Assembly (NCBI RefSeq): GCF_033153115.1
Contig: NW_026889767.1
Location: 4,774,001-4,838,000 of the forward strand
Length of the DNA: 64,000 nt
Reading direction: 5' to 3'
Source of the DNA: Saccostrea echinata
Taxonomy: Eukaryota
Positions 10,901 through 21,670 of the stretch are shown here, in pieces (positions within the stretch are counted from its first letter, which is position 1; every line of letters begins with the position of its first letter). The notes beneath the pieces are model-generated. The model was not told where the DNA came from. It saw only the letters and a program-made list of their open reading frames with translations, and did no database searches. A program made the position numbers and the translations under genes.

Positions 10901-13900
10901 ATGCGAATCAAACAGAATCTATATATGACAGGTCTTCTTCACAAGCAGTCTGTTTTTTAACACAAACAAATTATCATTTTCTTACATACATGTACATATA
11001 TGTAACCAAAGAGGAAAAACATGTGATGGACAAGACTGGGATTCAAACCTGGGCCCCCTGAATCTCCAGTCAGGGTGCTCTACCAACTGAGCTATCAGGC
11101 CTCTGGCAATCGAACCCATCTGACCGCCACACATATAATCTGTTCACAAACTCCATTTCTTTAAAAATTATATCCTCACCCACTTAGCTCTTGACTCTTT
11201 ATCTACCTGTTTGTCTGAGGTACTCCAGGCTTTTCTCGTCCACAGGGAAGAACCCCACAGTGGCGCCGTACTCGGGACACATGTTAGAGATTGTGGCTCT
11301 GTCAGCGATGGACAGCTCGGACACTCCTGGTCCAAAAAACTCCACAAACTTTCCAACGACCCCGATCTGTCTCAAGTGCTGCAAATTAAGTAAAGAAAAT
11401 TTGGATCCAGTTTAGTTGATTTCACGTTAAATTTGGTAAATGGTTGAAACAATTACATGACTGTATTTTCCTGTTTGATTGTACAGAACTTTTTACAGGT
11501 TGTATATAAAGTTAATGTACAATTTAATTTCTGCACTTTTAACATCTGCATATATTTCTTGAATACCATGAATTTTTCTAAGTCAGTTTTCCAGGCCTTC
11601 AAATGAGTCAAATTGCAATTTCTGTATGTTGAAAAACTTAAATACATGTATCTTTCAATTTTTCAATAAGTCCAAGCATGTTCAAGATAGTAAGGTTAAC
11701 TATAACTAGCTGGAACATCCCAGTAAAGAATACTATAAATTAATTTACCTTGGTAACAGTCAAGACGACATCTGTGGAGGTCACTAGATGGTCCACCTTG
11801 CCTGTCAGTTTATACCCCACAACCTCAGGTAACACCATACTGATAGCCTGACCCAGCATAACAGCTTCTGCTTCAATACCTCCAACACCTGCAAACAAAT
11901 AAAACATCAGCTAGTATTCACAGATGCAGAAATACATGTAGATATTTTAATCTTGTTTTCCATGTCAGAGTCAGACAAAGAAGTCTTGTATTAAGCATTA
12001 GTAGTGTTGAACTTTTAAATTCTAAAATTAAAATCAAGCACAATGGGTACCAATCATTAATCACTAAAGACAACATTCATTTTGTGTAGTGCAAACAAAA
12101 CATTTTTAATATTGCGAGCTAATTTATCTCTGGATTAAGTAATCTCTCTGGACAACGTTTGAATACTTGTTCATTCTTACCACTGTTTACGTAACTTAAA
12201 AATTGTCAATATTCAATTTTTTAGTCCTCCTACTTATAAACACCTTACTTCCATTCTAAGTACTTACCCCAGCCTACAACCCCTAGTCCGTTGATCATGG
12301 TGGTGTGGGAGTCTGTCCCCACGAGACTGTCTGGGTACAAGAGACCACCCTCATTGAAGACGACCCGGGCCAGGTACTCAAGATTCACCTGATGGACGAT
12401 GCCTGACCCTGGGGGAACTATCAACATGTTCTTCAGAGCAGAGGCTCCCCACTAAAAATGGAGGAATAATATAAATATATAGCTGATGGTTAAAACTGAA
12501 AATAAAACACTGTAAAATCACTTATTTTTTAAAGGGGTTTATTTCCTGAAGAGACCCATGGATACAAGACTAGCCCCCCCCCCCCCAACTATATGTGGCT
12601 CAACATATTTAACATTCAAAACTGCAATACAGTATCATTAGGTTTACACTTTTTTCAACACCCCCCCCCCCCCCCCTTCCCCAAGATCTAATTTTTTTCC
12701 CCTCAAACCACAAAAATTTTACCTCACAAAAATGTGATTTTTCAGCATAAATTAGTTTAATGTAAAAACTACTAAACATAGTATTACCTCAGTAGTGAAT
12801 GACAAAGAGAAGTAATCAAGCTCACAATTTATGTTTAAAAAATTTCTTCAGCTTGTGTCATTTTTGTCAAAATATTGGTAACTTACAATACCTTTAGAAA
12901 AACAAATCTTTCTCTATTTCTCTCAAATTCCAGCTCCTGATTTTGTTCTAAAGCATCAGCACTGCAAAGTATAAACAATTCCAAGATAAAATACATTTCC
13001 ATTATATAAATGTGTTATACATTCTGTATGTCAGGCTGCAAAAGAATTTGCTTTAGATTCATTTTGAATTTTCCCTTTCACATGCACACAAGCAGAATTC
13101 CCCTTTCTTGACTGTCAAATAAACATACTTATGATGCATGTACACTGTGAGTGCACAAGCAGACAAAAGAGGTAAAACATAACATGTTGTGATGTTTTGG
13201 TAATTCTGTTGCAAAGGCTAAATATTTCTAAATAAATAAAAAGATATAAAAAAAATATAGACAATGAAATGAATATTTTTCACTTCCCTTTGAATAATTT
13301 CACGCCAGCTCAACTTTTAAATCATGCATACTGTAAACCAACTATTATTCGAGTCAACTTTTATTCGCGATTCGTCAGTTTGAAATCAATCCGCGACGAT
13401 TAATTTTCGCGACTGAGGAAACATTCTCTACAAATACAAAGCAAAATTAATGGTTCACGGCGATTAATATTCGCGAGTTCAAGTATGTCGCGAAACTCGC
13501 GAAAATTTCTCACAAGCGAATAAAAGTTGGTTTACAGTACATTATGCCTATTGAATTAAAGCTATACAATAATATTTACTAAAATAATAATAAAAAAATT
13601 GAAAGCCCCACCCAACCTGCAAAAAAGTATATATAAGCAAACAACAGTAAAGTCAAAATGTAATGAAAACAGAATGATATATAATTCAATTTATATTAAA
13701 AACAAGCATGCATGAAATCAAAGCTGTTCACAGTTTATCAAAATATACTACCAACCCCTGTGTCTTCTGCTTGTGAAAAGGACAAATGTAATCGGAGATG
13801 GGAGACCGAGGGTCATGACACAGGTTGCAGGTTGACCTCTGTGACCCCTGAGCCCCTGAACTTTGACCTCCTCCAGGGTTGGGAGAATATTTCAATATAC

Positions 13901-16900
13901 TGAAACAGAATGACAGGAGTGAGGTTACAATTAAGAGTTTGCTATATGTTTAAGGTTTGAGCGTGAAGGTTTTTAAAGGATGAACCATGCTCTGTTTAAG
14001 GGAGATAACTTTTAAATTAAATAGTTCACAATGTTTCCTGTTAGAAAATTTATGTCTTTGGAAATAAGTTATTAGTCATTTTACTGTACCCAAGGAATTT
14101 TCACCCCCCATTTAATTTTTTTGCCCCCTCATCCTCACATGGGCAAATTCGATGGAGACTAATAGTGAAATTTCACCAAGGGGACAAGATTCAAGGTCTA
14201 GGACGAGGCTTTGCCGAGTCCTAGACCGTGAATCTTGGCCCCGAGGTGGAATTTCACTATTCCCACACGAGTATGTAATGAATGATTATTTTTCTCGCAT
14301 TATTTTATCCAAAATAATGGCCTGTCAATCACGTCGCCATAATAGGGCTAAAAATATATTCTTTTAATTTTCCATCTAATTAAAAATCTAAATACACCAT
14401 CGGAGAGAGCGTACCTGAAAAAGGTTTACACACAGTGTAAATGATAAAATGAATTTCAGTCCATGTAAATTAATTAGATAGATAAAAACTGGGAATAAAA
14501 AACTTATCTATCCGATAGCGTACACATTCATTCAAGAAGAATCCTTCCACGATCTAAAAATAGTGCCATTTAAAAAGTGAAAATACGACAATATTTTGAA
14601 TGAAAATAAGTTTATCTTAATAAGTTAAATGACAACATTTTGAGTATATGTAATATTTTTTAACATTGTTACAATTTTTTATATAAAGACGGAATGTTTA
14701 CGTTATCGTTCGCGGCGTAGTAATACACTGTGTAAGACAGAAAAATCTCACACTGATGTCTCACACCGGACAAGTCAATCTTACACTGGTGATTCTGCCA
14801 GAAAGAGTTATCTCTCTTTTATAATAAACACAACTGTATTTTAGCAAAGTATGTAATGGAGCAAAATCATTTTCATGACAGGACAATAACGAACCTTTAA
14901 ACAACATCTTAAATTGTAAAACTATATCATGTTTCAAATCTGCACAAATTTCATTCATTTGGTAGATTTTCAGGGAAACATTGCCAAAATTACGAAAAAA
15001 TATCATTTCATTGAGCAGAGAATTGTTCTCAGTTAAGGTTCATCATCCCTCTGTATATTCACATAAAAATTTTTTCACCCTAATGATTTTTTAAAATTAT
15101 TCTGATTTATAATTAATATGCATACAATTTCAGTGTACTTTACAGGCAAAATTTGATGGAAATTGTACTTGAACTTGACAATTTTAAGTAAGAATTATAG
15201 ACATTTATCCCAGGGAGAGTTATCTCTCTTCCCTCAGGGTCAATGAACCTTAAATATGTTGTTGACAAATAGCAGTTAAAGGACTTATCGCATGATCCTT
15301 CAAAAATCGTAATTTTATGAAAAATATTATCTATAACCTTATTTATTAAAATACTGATTACAATAAACATTGTTGGAAGCATATTTTAAGAGATATTGAG
15401 AGTTGAAATTCAAATACGATAAAATAAGTGATTTGGTCATCCACAACGCAGAAAATTCAGGTTGTATTGCGTATATTTTAGTAAGATTAATGAAGGGCTG
15501 ATCAGCCATTGTCGCCTTTGACGTCACAGAGTCATGTGATCGCTATCTAATTAACTTAGATTTTTAATTCAGGGGTTATCATTTGACTCAATAATTGGTC
15601 AATTACTGCAATTTATCCACAGTAAAAACACAGAATTTATGAATTGTGGTCATAAGCATGATAAGGAATGTAATACGCTTTTAATTTCAAATAATTTAAA
15701 AACATGCGATAAGTCCTTTAAATGATATACATGTAAATAAATAGACAAAAAAGCTAGCATAACTAATCAAAATCTAATGTGGAGAAGAGAGACATAAGAT
15801 AATTGATCAAAACAAGAATTGAGTTCCGAAATATAAAAAAAAGTTTGCATGCATCAATTTGAGTACAATATTTGTATATCTTATAAAATAAAATCCATTA
15901 ATGTACATGTAGAAATCTTCAGATTTTCACATACCATTTGCCTGAAGACTACTTGAAGCTTACTCAAGTCATAACTATCCATGTACTTGTATGTGTGCAG
16001 ATTTTGAACAAATAAGAAATCTAATGCATATGAAGTCAACAACTTGTTTTTTTAACCCCCCCCCCAAAAAAAAAAATCAGGGAAGTGCAGATATCAGGAT
16101 ATTCATGAGATTGTAAAGATTAGACAGTCATGAAATTTTTGTTTTTCATCAGTAAAAAATTGCAACATACTGTAATTTCCTTTTTTTTTCCATTTTTTAG
16201 AAGGTGGGAAAGTTAATTTTATATATTTCAGACTGACCTCAAATTTCTCGAGAGTACTTTGTATATTCATGATGAAAGAAATACAGTGTAAGTGAGTGAT
16301 AAGGTCAAAGAGCAAAAGAATAGACAAAATCCCTCCCTTTGGTCATTACCTCCTTGACACGTCCACCTGAATCGAGTGGTCTATCACGAGGTCTGCTGGA
16401 CAGATGGGGTTTATTTTCTCTGGATTTCCCCCCAGTCTCTTCACAGCATCCCTCATGGCAGCAAAATCTACCACAGCTGGTACTCCACTAAGAGGCAAAA
16501 ATAAAAAAAATTAACAAAGCTCAAGTTTGAGGATTTTTTCTTAAATCTAGTAGTAAATCTTTTCTTAAATCAGCACTTTTAATCAAGCACTGATAGTATG
16601 TTTGTAGATGTTGAAAAGAATAGTCAATAGCCCATAGAAGCTTGTTTAACAGACTTGGCAAAACATAAACAGCCAAACAAAGGCTTGGTTTTGTTTTGTT
16701 TGTTGTTTAACGTCCCTCTCGAGAATTTTTCACTCATATGGAGACGCCACCACTTGCCGGTGGAGAGCTGCAAATTTTGTCCTATATTCGGCACTTACGG
16801 CCATTGAGCAGTGAGGGATCTTTTTTGTGCCAGCACCTACTGCGACACAGGACCTCGGTTCCTCATCCGAAGGACCGGTCTCCACATCCCACAGTGGGAT

Positions 16901-17822
16901 TCGAACCCGCAACATAAGGATCAACTCCTTACTTCGCGACTCTAGAGCAGACGCTCTAACCACTGCGCCACGTGGGCAACACAAAGGCTGGGTGATGAAA
17001 AGGAAAAAGGAAATTAAGGAGGAATAATCCTTTGCTAAGAGAGATAAATCTAAATTTAAGAAATCATATAGGATTCCTTGACAAAATTTTTATCTTCAAC
17101 ATTCATTTGCCTCAAATTTTGCCCCAAAATGAGTGGAAAAAAATTGATCTAGATTTCATTTATATCTTCTTTTATTATGTGTATAAGATTTGTCTTAACT
17201 AAAAATCCCATGTTAGTGACCAGAGGGATTAGATTTACCCTTAAAGCTGTCTTACGTGAAATCTTGTAAAATCACCCTGGCAGGTTTGAATGGGATCTCA
17301 ACACTCTGTCCCTGATTTTTCTCCCAGTTCAAAATGTTCTCCACATCTTTCTTCAGCACTTGAAACTCATCACAATTTCTCACTGCAGACTCCAATAATA
17401 CTCGAATTGAAAATGGCAACTTTTCTGAAACAAAAAAAACAACAAAATATTATTTAAAGTAAATATTTCGTAGAAAGCAATTTTTGTACAGATTCAAATT
17501 TTATTTTCCAAGCAACAGTAATAATGTTAACAATACCTTTTTTCCCTTTCTTTCTAGGGTTGCTAAAATAACTGACACTGGATTGCTTAAATAGCCGACA
17601 CATTTAAAATTAAATTTTGATTAACTTTTCAGAACTTTCAGTAGAAGATAAAGGCAGTGCTCTCTCATATTAAACATGTTAAAAACAAACCACTAACCAT
17701 ATCTGGCATCTTTGAGATCTGCCAAATTAAAGAAAGTGAAGCTTTTCCCATCAATTTCAACATTCTTCTTTATTCCTCCATAAGGGTTTGTGGATCCTGT
17801 AAATAGTTAAGTAAAAAATACC

Positions 17823-17853
<31 letters not shown>

Positions 17854-19496
17854 GTATAAGTTAGAAAAATATAAAGCATTGACACTAATTCAATCCAGAC
17901 ACAGCTTATCAAATAATATCAAGTATATTATAAGCTACTGAACTGTAATTCCCTTGAAAGGAAAAATCAAAAAGGATTCAGTTATAATATCACTAATCAG
18001 TCAGGGGTGAGACTGAAATCCGTCATTTTTGAAAAATGATGGATAATCGTCATATTTACTAAGTACGTATTTTCGTCATTTTTGTCAATATGACTTACTA
18101 TCGTCATATTTTCTTTTTCAACTTAATTCTTCTATCCTGGTTACATAAAAGCGAAATTTGAATTCACCGCTGAAAGAAGAGTGTTTACGCAAGTTTCATT
18201 TCATCCGGGTCACTAATTACTGCCGACCACGTGCGTTAGAACATCAACATGGAAGGTGAAAGTTATTATTTAGCGGTAAAATGTCGAATTTTGGTAGAAC
18301 TAATTCGCCATTTTTACATGGCTTTTAGCCCTATAAAAACATATAGTACACCGTCGGGAAGAATACGTACTTGTAGAGAAAAGTCTCGACAAAAAGTTAA
18401 AGCCATAAAAAAGTAGTGCGCCCCGTAAAACAAGCGAGATATTTCAGTGCGCCCAGACCCTCCATTTTGAAAAAAGACGGAATATCGTCATTTTCGTCTT
18501 CTTTCCTATTTAATGCAAATAAATTGACAAATAACTCTTCCACTCTTATTTTTGCTTGGGAAATTTATACTGTCAACATAACCAGTATTGTAGTCAACTG
18601 TATTAGAGAAATGAAGTTCGTTTACGATGTTTTTTGTCCTTTTTTCGGTTGGTGGATCTAACATTTTTCAAAGAGAGGTAACTCGGTATTCTATAAACAC
18701 TCTAAATTTTTATGACTGTTTTTGGTCATTTTCTTAAAAATGACGAGTTTAAGTCATAATAAAAATTTTATTTTATGGCTTAAAATCGTCATTTTTAAAA
18801 TGACGGATTTCAGTCTCACCCCTGACTGCTAATAGAAAAAAAAATTAAATTACAATGACCTTTCTTGTTGAATGGTTTGGATATTATTTCTAACATAAAT
18901 CAAAGGCTTTTACAATATGTGGATCTGTAGCTCTCTATTTTGTCCGTCCAACTTTTCTTTCCCAAAGAACTACATCTCAGCAGCTAATGCATATCAATAC
19001 ATAGTGGGAAAGGGGGGTGGGGTGTTAAGCTTCACCAAAATTAAAAGCACAACATCAACTTTACAAAAAATCTCATTTAACAACTTAAAGATTTAACGTG
19101 AACCCGTGCTCAAGACATTGTTAACAAAATGAGCTCATGTTTTTTTTCCCCTTTTTTTCCTACAAAATTCTCGAACAGAGGTACAAATAAATATATAACA
19201 ATGTAAATGCAAAAATATAAGTAAACATTATTTTTTTTTTGACCCGTAGCCTAACTGTCACTGCACCGATAAATCCTGAGTAGGCCTAAGATCAAAGTAC
19301 ATTTCAACAGTGCAAATTACGCAAGACTTTGAAAGTGAACCGTTTCTATGCCATCTTTTTGTGGATCAAAATCTCACAAGCATCTAAATTGGAGGTAAAA
19401 TTATTTGTATTGACCGACTAAAATAAATGAGCACAAACTAAGAGAGAATATATAAAACAAATTGAGATGTTGTGATTCTCTACCTTCGGTCGCCAT
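1926..19496 (-). CDS. ACO1: Cytoplasmic aconitate hydratase / iron regulatory protein (IRP1-like); 893 aa without, 941 aa with the cassette exon
   Basis: Hand-spliced GT-AG exons in transcript order: 19484-19496, 17698-17796, 17256-17424, 16350-16487, [13756-13899 cassette], 12892-12961, 12268-12451, 11749-11888, 11207-11378, 10611-10711, 10184-10312, 9696-9843, 8952-9087, 8495-8579, 7987-8143, 7154-7218, 5956-6015, 5466-5570, 5218-5360, 4730-4877, 3685-3807, 2718-2903, 1926-2036. All phases are compatible (2682 nt without the cassette). Motifs: [49 protein letters not shown] and [12 protein letters not shown] (three 4Fe-4S Cys), [38 protein letters not shown]-terminus [12 protein letters not shown]. 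Confidence 0.98.
2977..3151. mobile_element. MITE, Tc1/mariner-pogo type
   Basis: Imperfect TIRs cagtcaaaccttgttgtctcaaac / gtttgagataccaaagttcaactg, with TA on both sides. Confidence 0.75.
3408..3475 (+). mobile_element. Degenerate tRNA-derived SINE head
   Basis: gtagctcagtggtaga (A box-like) ... gagtttgagttccc (B box-like); no intact cloverleaf. Confidence 0.45.
4042..4550 (+). mobile_element. Non-autonomous Helentron/HINE-like (CvA/pearl-type) element
   Basis: aactaagatgtgt start, two ~160-bp core repeats (aagttcaagagggata...gaatttgacctg), (acagaatg)n microsatellite, and 3' hairpin tatgccccggcc...ggcgggggtata followed by an A-run. Confidence 0.75.
6129..7059. mobile_element. Outer TIR element (Kolobok/piggyBac-like, TTAA-type site) carrying a nested MITE
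   Basis: ggtcaagatctagtaaatga (6129-) is the reverse complement of tcatttactagatcttgacc (-7059); flanks are ttaa / tgaa. Confidence 0.65.
6537..6997. mobile_element. PIF/Harbinger-type MITE
   Basis: TIRs ggccaattcaacttaatt...gattatcatcc / ggatgataatc...aattaagttgaattggcc, with TTA on both sides. Confidence 0.8.
7276..7444. mobile_element. Short degenerate MITE (pogo-like)
   Basis: ta-cagtgaaaactgcctattctga ... tcggataagacaggtttcacg-ta imperfect inverted ends. Confidence 0.5.
8790..8992 (-). repeat. Degenerate ~45-55 bp tandem repeat derived from an ACO1 exon end plus splice donor
   Basis: Three decayed copies of ttttgacacttaccctagcttttctaggtaaggggtgactccactttccctgag precede the real junction at 8951/8952. 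Confidence 0.8.
11028..11100 (-). mobile_element. tRNA-derived SINE head / tRNA pseudogene
   Basis: Reverse complement reads gcctgatagctcagttggtagagca...caggtttgaatcccagtc with A and B boxes; acceptor and anticodon stems are imperfect. Confidence 0.55.
13331..13537. mobile_element. MITE with TA target site
   Basis: TIRs ctgtaaaccaact / agttggtttacag, TA on both sides, internal tcgcga palindromes. Confidence 0.85.
13756..13899 (-). CDS. Candidate cassette exon of the ACO1/IRP gene encoding an IRP2-like Cys-rich insert (48 codons)
   Basis: Acceptor ttctgtttcag| and donor GG|gttggt; 144 nt, phase 2-2, no stops. Encodes (S)[47 protein letters not shown](G) between [10 protein letters not shown] and [12 protein letters not shown]. 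Confidence 0.9.
14161..14261. repeat. ~100-bp imperfect palindrome, probably part of a non-autonomous DNA element extending to ~14770
   Basis: aatagtgaaatttcacc...aagattca.ggtctaggac pairs with gtcctagacc.tgaatctt...ggtggaatttcactatt. Confidence 0.75.
15280..15717. mobile_element. TTAA-target MITE (Kolobok-like)
   Basis: ttaa-aggacttatcgcatg ... catgcgataagtcct-ttaa; perfect 15-bp TIR. Confidence 0.85.
16686..16980 (-). mobile_element. Full-length tRNA-derived SINE
   Basis: Head on the minus strand has A box (gtggcgcagtggttagagcg) and B box (ggttcgaatccc); (aaac)n tail; target duplication acaaaggct at 16677-16685 and 16981-16989. Confidence 0.85.
17998..18828. mobile_element. Non-autonomous DNA transposon in ACO1 intron 1
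   Basis: Perfect ~32-bp TIR cagtcaggggtgagactgaaatccgtcatttt; ctaat flanks both ends. Confidence 0.85.
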
Positions 19497-19632
19497 TTTC
19501 CTTCTTGCGGAAGTCACGCACGCAATCAATGTACAAAGCAAGTCGTACAACAAGTAAGTCCTATGCCAAAAAAAAATTAATGAAGGCTGAAATAATATGT
19601 AAGACGGTGCGACCGTTGGTGAGGGCGGAGCC
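19488..19632 (-). promoter_or_regulatory. Probable housekeeping-type promoter / 5' region of ACO1
   Basis: Start context GAAAATGGCG (also YY1-like), ETS-like CGGAAGT at ~19508-19514, GC box GGGCGG at ~19623-19628, and local CpG enrichment. Confidence 0.5.
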
Positions 19633-21404
19633 ATCAAGTGAACATTTCTACATTTTATTGTTTAATGATAAATCAGTGTTAAAATCAAGTTGCAAGTCAT
19701 AACAAAAACCTCAGTCCTTTTAAAAAACTCTAATTAAGTTCTCTTACCTCAAATATTTTTTATTTCAAACAAAGAAATTTAAGAGTATTTGGTTTTATAA
19801 ATCTGGAAAACTTTTACTATGATATTTCATCATGAATTGCTTGGCCAGAGCATTCAAAATCAAATAGCATAACGGGGAAAGAGTGTGCACTGGACCAGTG
19901 TCGCCAGTCAAGGATTTAACCTACCCAGGCCCAAGAACTCTTAAACGTTAATTTTTTCATCTATATGTATCTGTCCAACAATTATACGTGAGCTTGCGTG
20001 AGCATCATATTTCTTTATCTTTCACGACTTAATTAAAAAAACCCAATCCAGAAACATCAAGTCATTTAATTCCCATCTTTTACTTCCAATGCATGGTTAT
20101 GACATCAAATACAAATAAGGACAATTGTCAGAGACTACATCGGAAGTTGAACTTGGGACCCAAACTACAGAAAGATGATCTGACTCCTGGGTTATCAGGA
20201 CACTTGGAAACTGATCATCTGACCAACACTAGGACTGTGTATCGTGAGGGCTAAAAGTATCAGCATCGCAAAATTTCTGAGAATTATTTTCTTAATTTTA
20301 ATGGAAAAAATGTAGAGTAAATTTAACGTTTCTGCATTTAAAAAAAAAAAATAATCTGATTCGAATAGTCTTTAGTGCTTTCTAAAACTAACATAAAAGC
20401 AAGATGATTTTTTTTCTTTTTAATATCTGGAAAAACGAATTTAACTCAATAAAAGTTTTTTTTTCCAGATATTAAATTGTTTAAGCGAAAACTATTAGAA
20501 TTTTAAAACCAAAACTTGTGAATAATAGGATACATTTCTGGGAAGTATCGAATAGAATATTTATCAATGTATTGACACCCCCCCCCCCCCGCATCAGTAA
20601 TTGATGTTTTGTGACATCCCTATCCACAACATAATAAAATGGATCATATATGGAAGCTTTAAAAAAAAGAAGAAGATATTTTAGCACTACTCAACAACTT
20701 TGAACTCTTTGCATGGATTAGCGTGGGTAATGTCAAATGAAGATTCGTTTTGTTTTGTTTTGTTTTAAGCCAAGAGAACATGAAACTTTATTCATATACA
20801 TGTCATGTATTTTGCTGTCCCTCCTGTATTGTTTAACTTACTTTTTTCATATGGTTATGTATTGTTTAACTTAATAGTTTTTCTCATGATTTTGTACTTT
20901 ATACACTATCATAGTCCACCATAGGTTCCAACTGGCTGAATACATTTTCAGTTCTATATTTTTAAAAGTACTTTTTAAAATAAAAATTAGAAATCATTTT
21001 ATTTTATCCGTTGAAACGTATCCACATGTATAAGTGGAACATGTGTTTGATGTGGTAGTTTGAGCTTCCGACATGTCCAAAGATTTTTCTTTTGATGGTG
21101 AACTTCATAAACTGAAATTTAACACTTAAAAAATGATAAATCTTTTGAGAAAAAAATATTCACAACAAAAATGAAACACAGGCCTCCACCGGTAAATGTA
21201 TATAGGAACAAGCAAGCAATCAAAGACAAGAATGAATGAATGAATAAATAAATCCATGTAATAAATAAATTAAAAAAATAAAATTAAGAAAAAAATTTTT
21301 AAAATTAAAATGCATACCCCTTCCCCCTTTCTTGAGTTCATACCAGAATTCAGTAAAGCTTTTCATGCTTTTTACCACTAAAACATTTTTTTAAATGTAT
21401 TATT

Positions 21405-21670
21405 CATGGCCGTAGGAACCGAAGGGGGGGGGGCACGGGGGGCCGTGCCCCCCCCCCCCCCAATAATTTTCGCCGATATATAGATTACTATAGAAAACAT
21501 AGCTACTATATATGTTTGTGCCCCCTCAATAAAAACTTGTGATGAAATTTTTTTTTTTTTTTTTTTTTTTTTGCTTGTCAAGGAATTTTTGGTTAATAGT
21601 GCCCCCTCAACTGAAAATGTATGGCTGCCCCCCCCCCCCCCCCAAAATGAAATTGCTTCCTACGGGCCTG
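21405..21670. mobile_element. MITE with G/C homopolymer tracts
   Basis: catggccgtaggaa ... ttcctacgggcctg termini; ttatt on both sides. Confidence 0.7.

Noticed and set aside
11028-11100. Functional tRNA gene
   Set aside because: Acceptor and anticodon stems do not pair properly; better explained as a SINE head or pseudogene.
13712-13903. Plus-strand 63-aa ORF from the track
   Set aside because: Antisense shadow of the minus-strand cassette exon.
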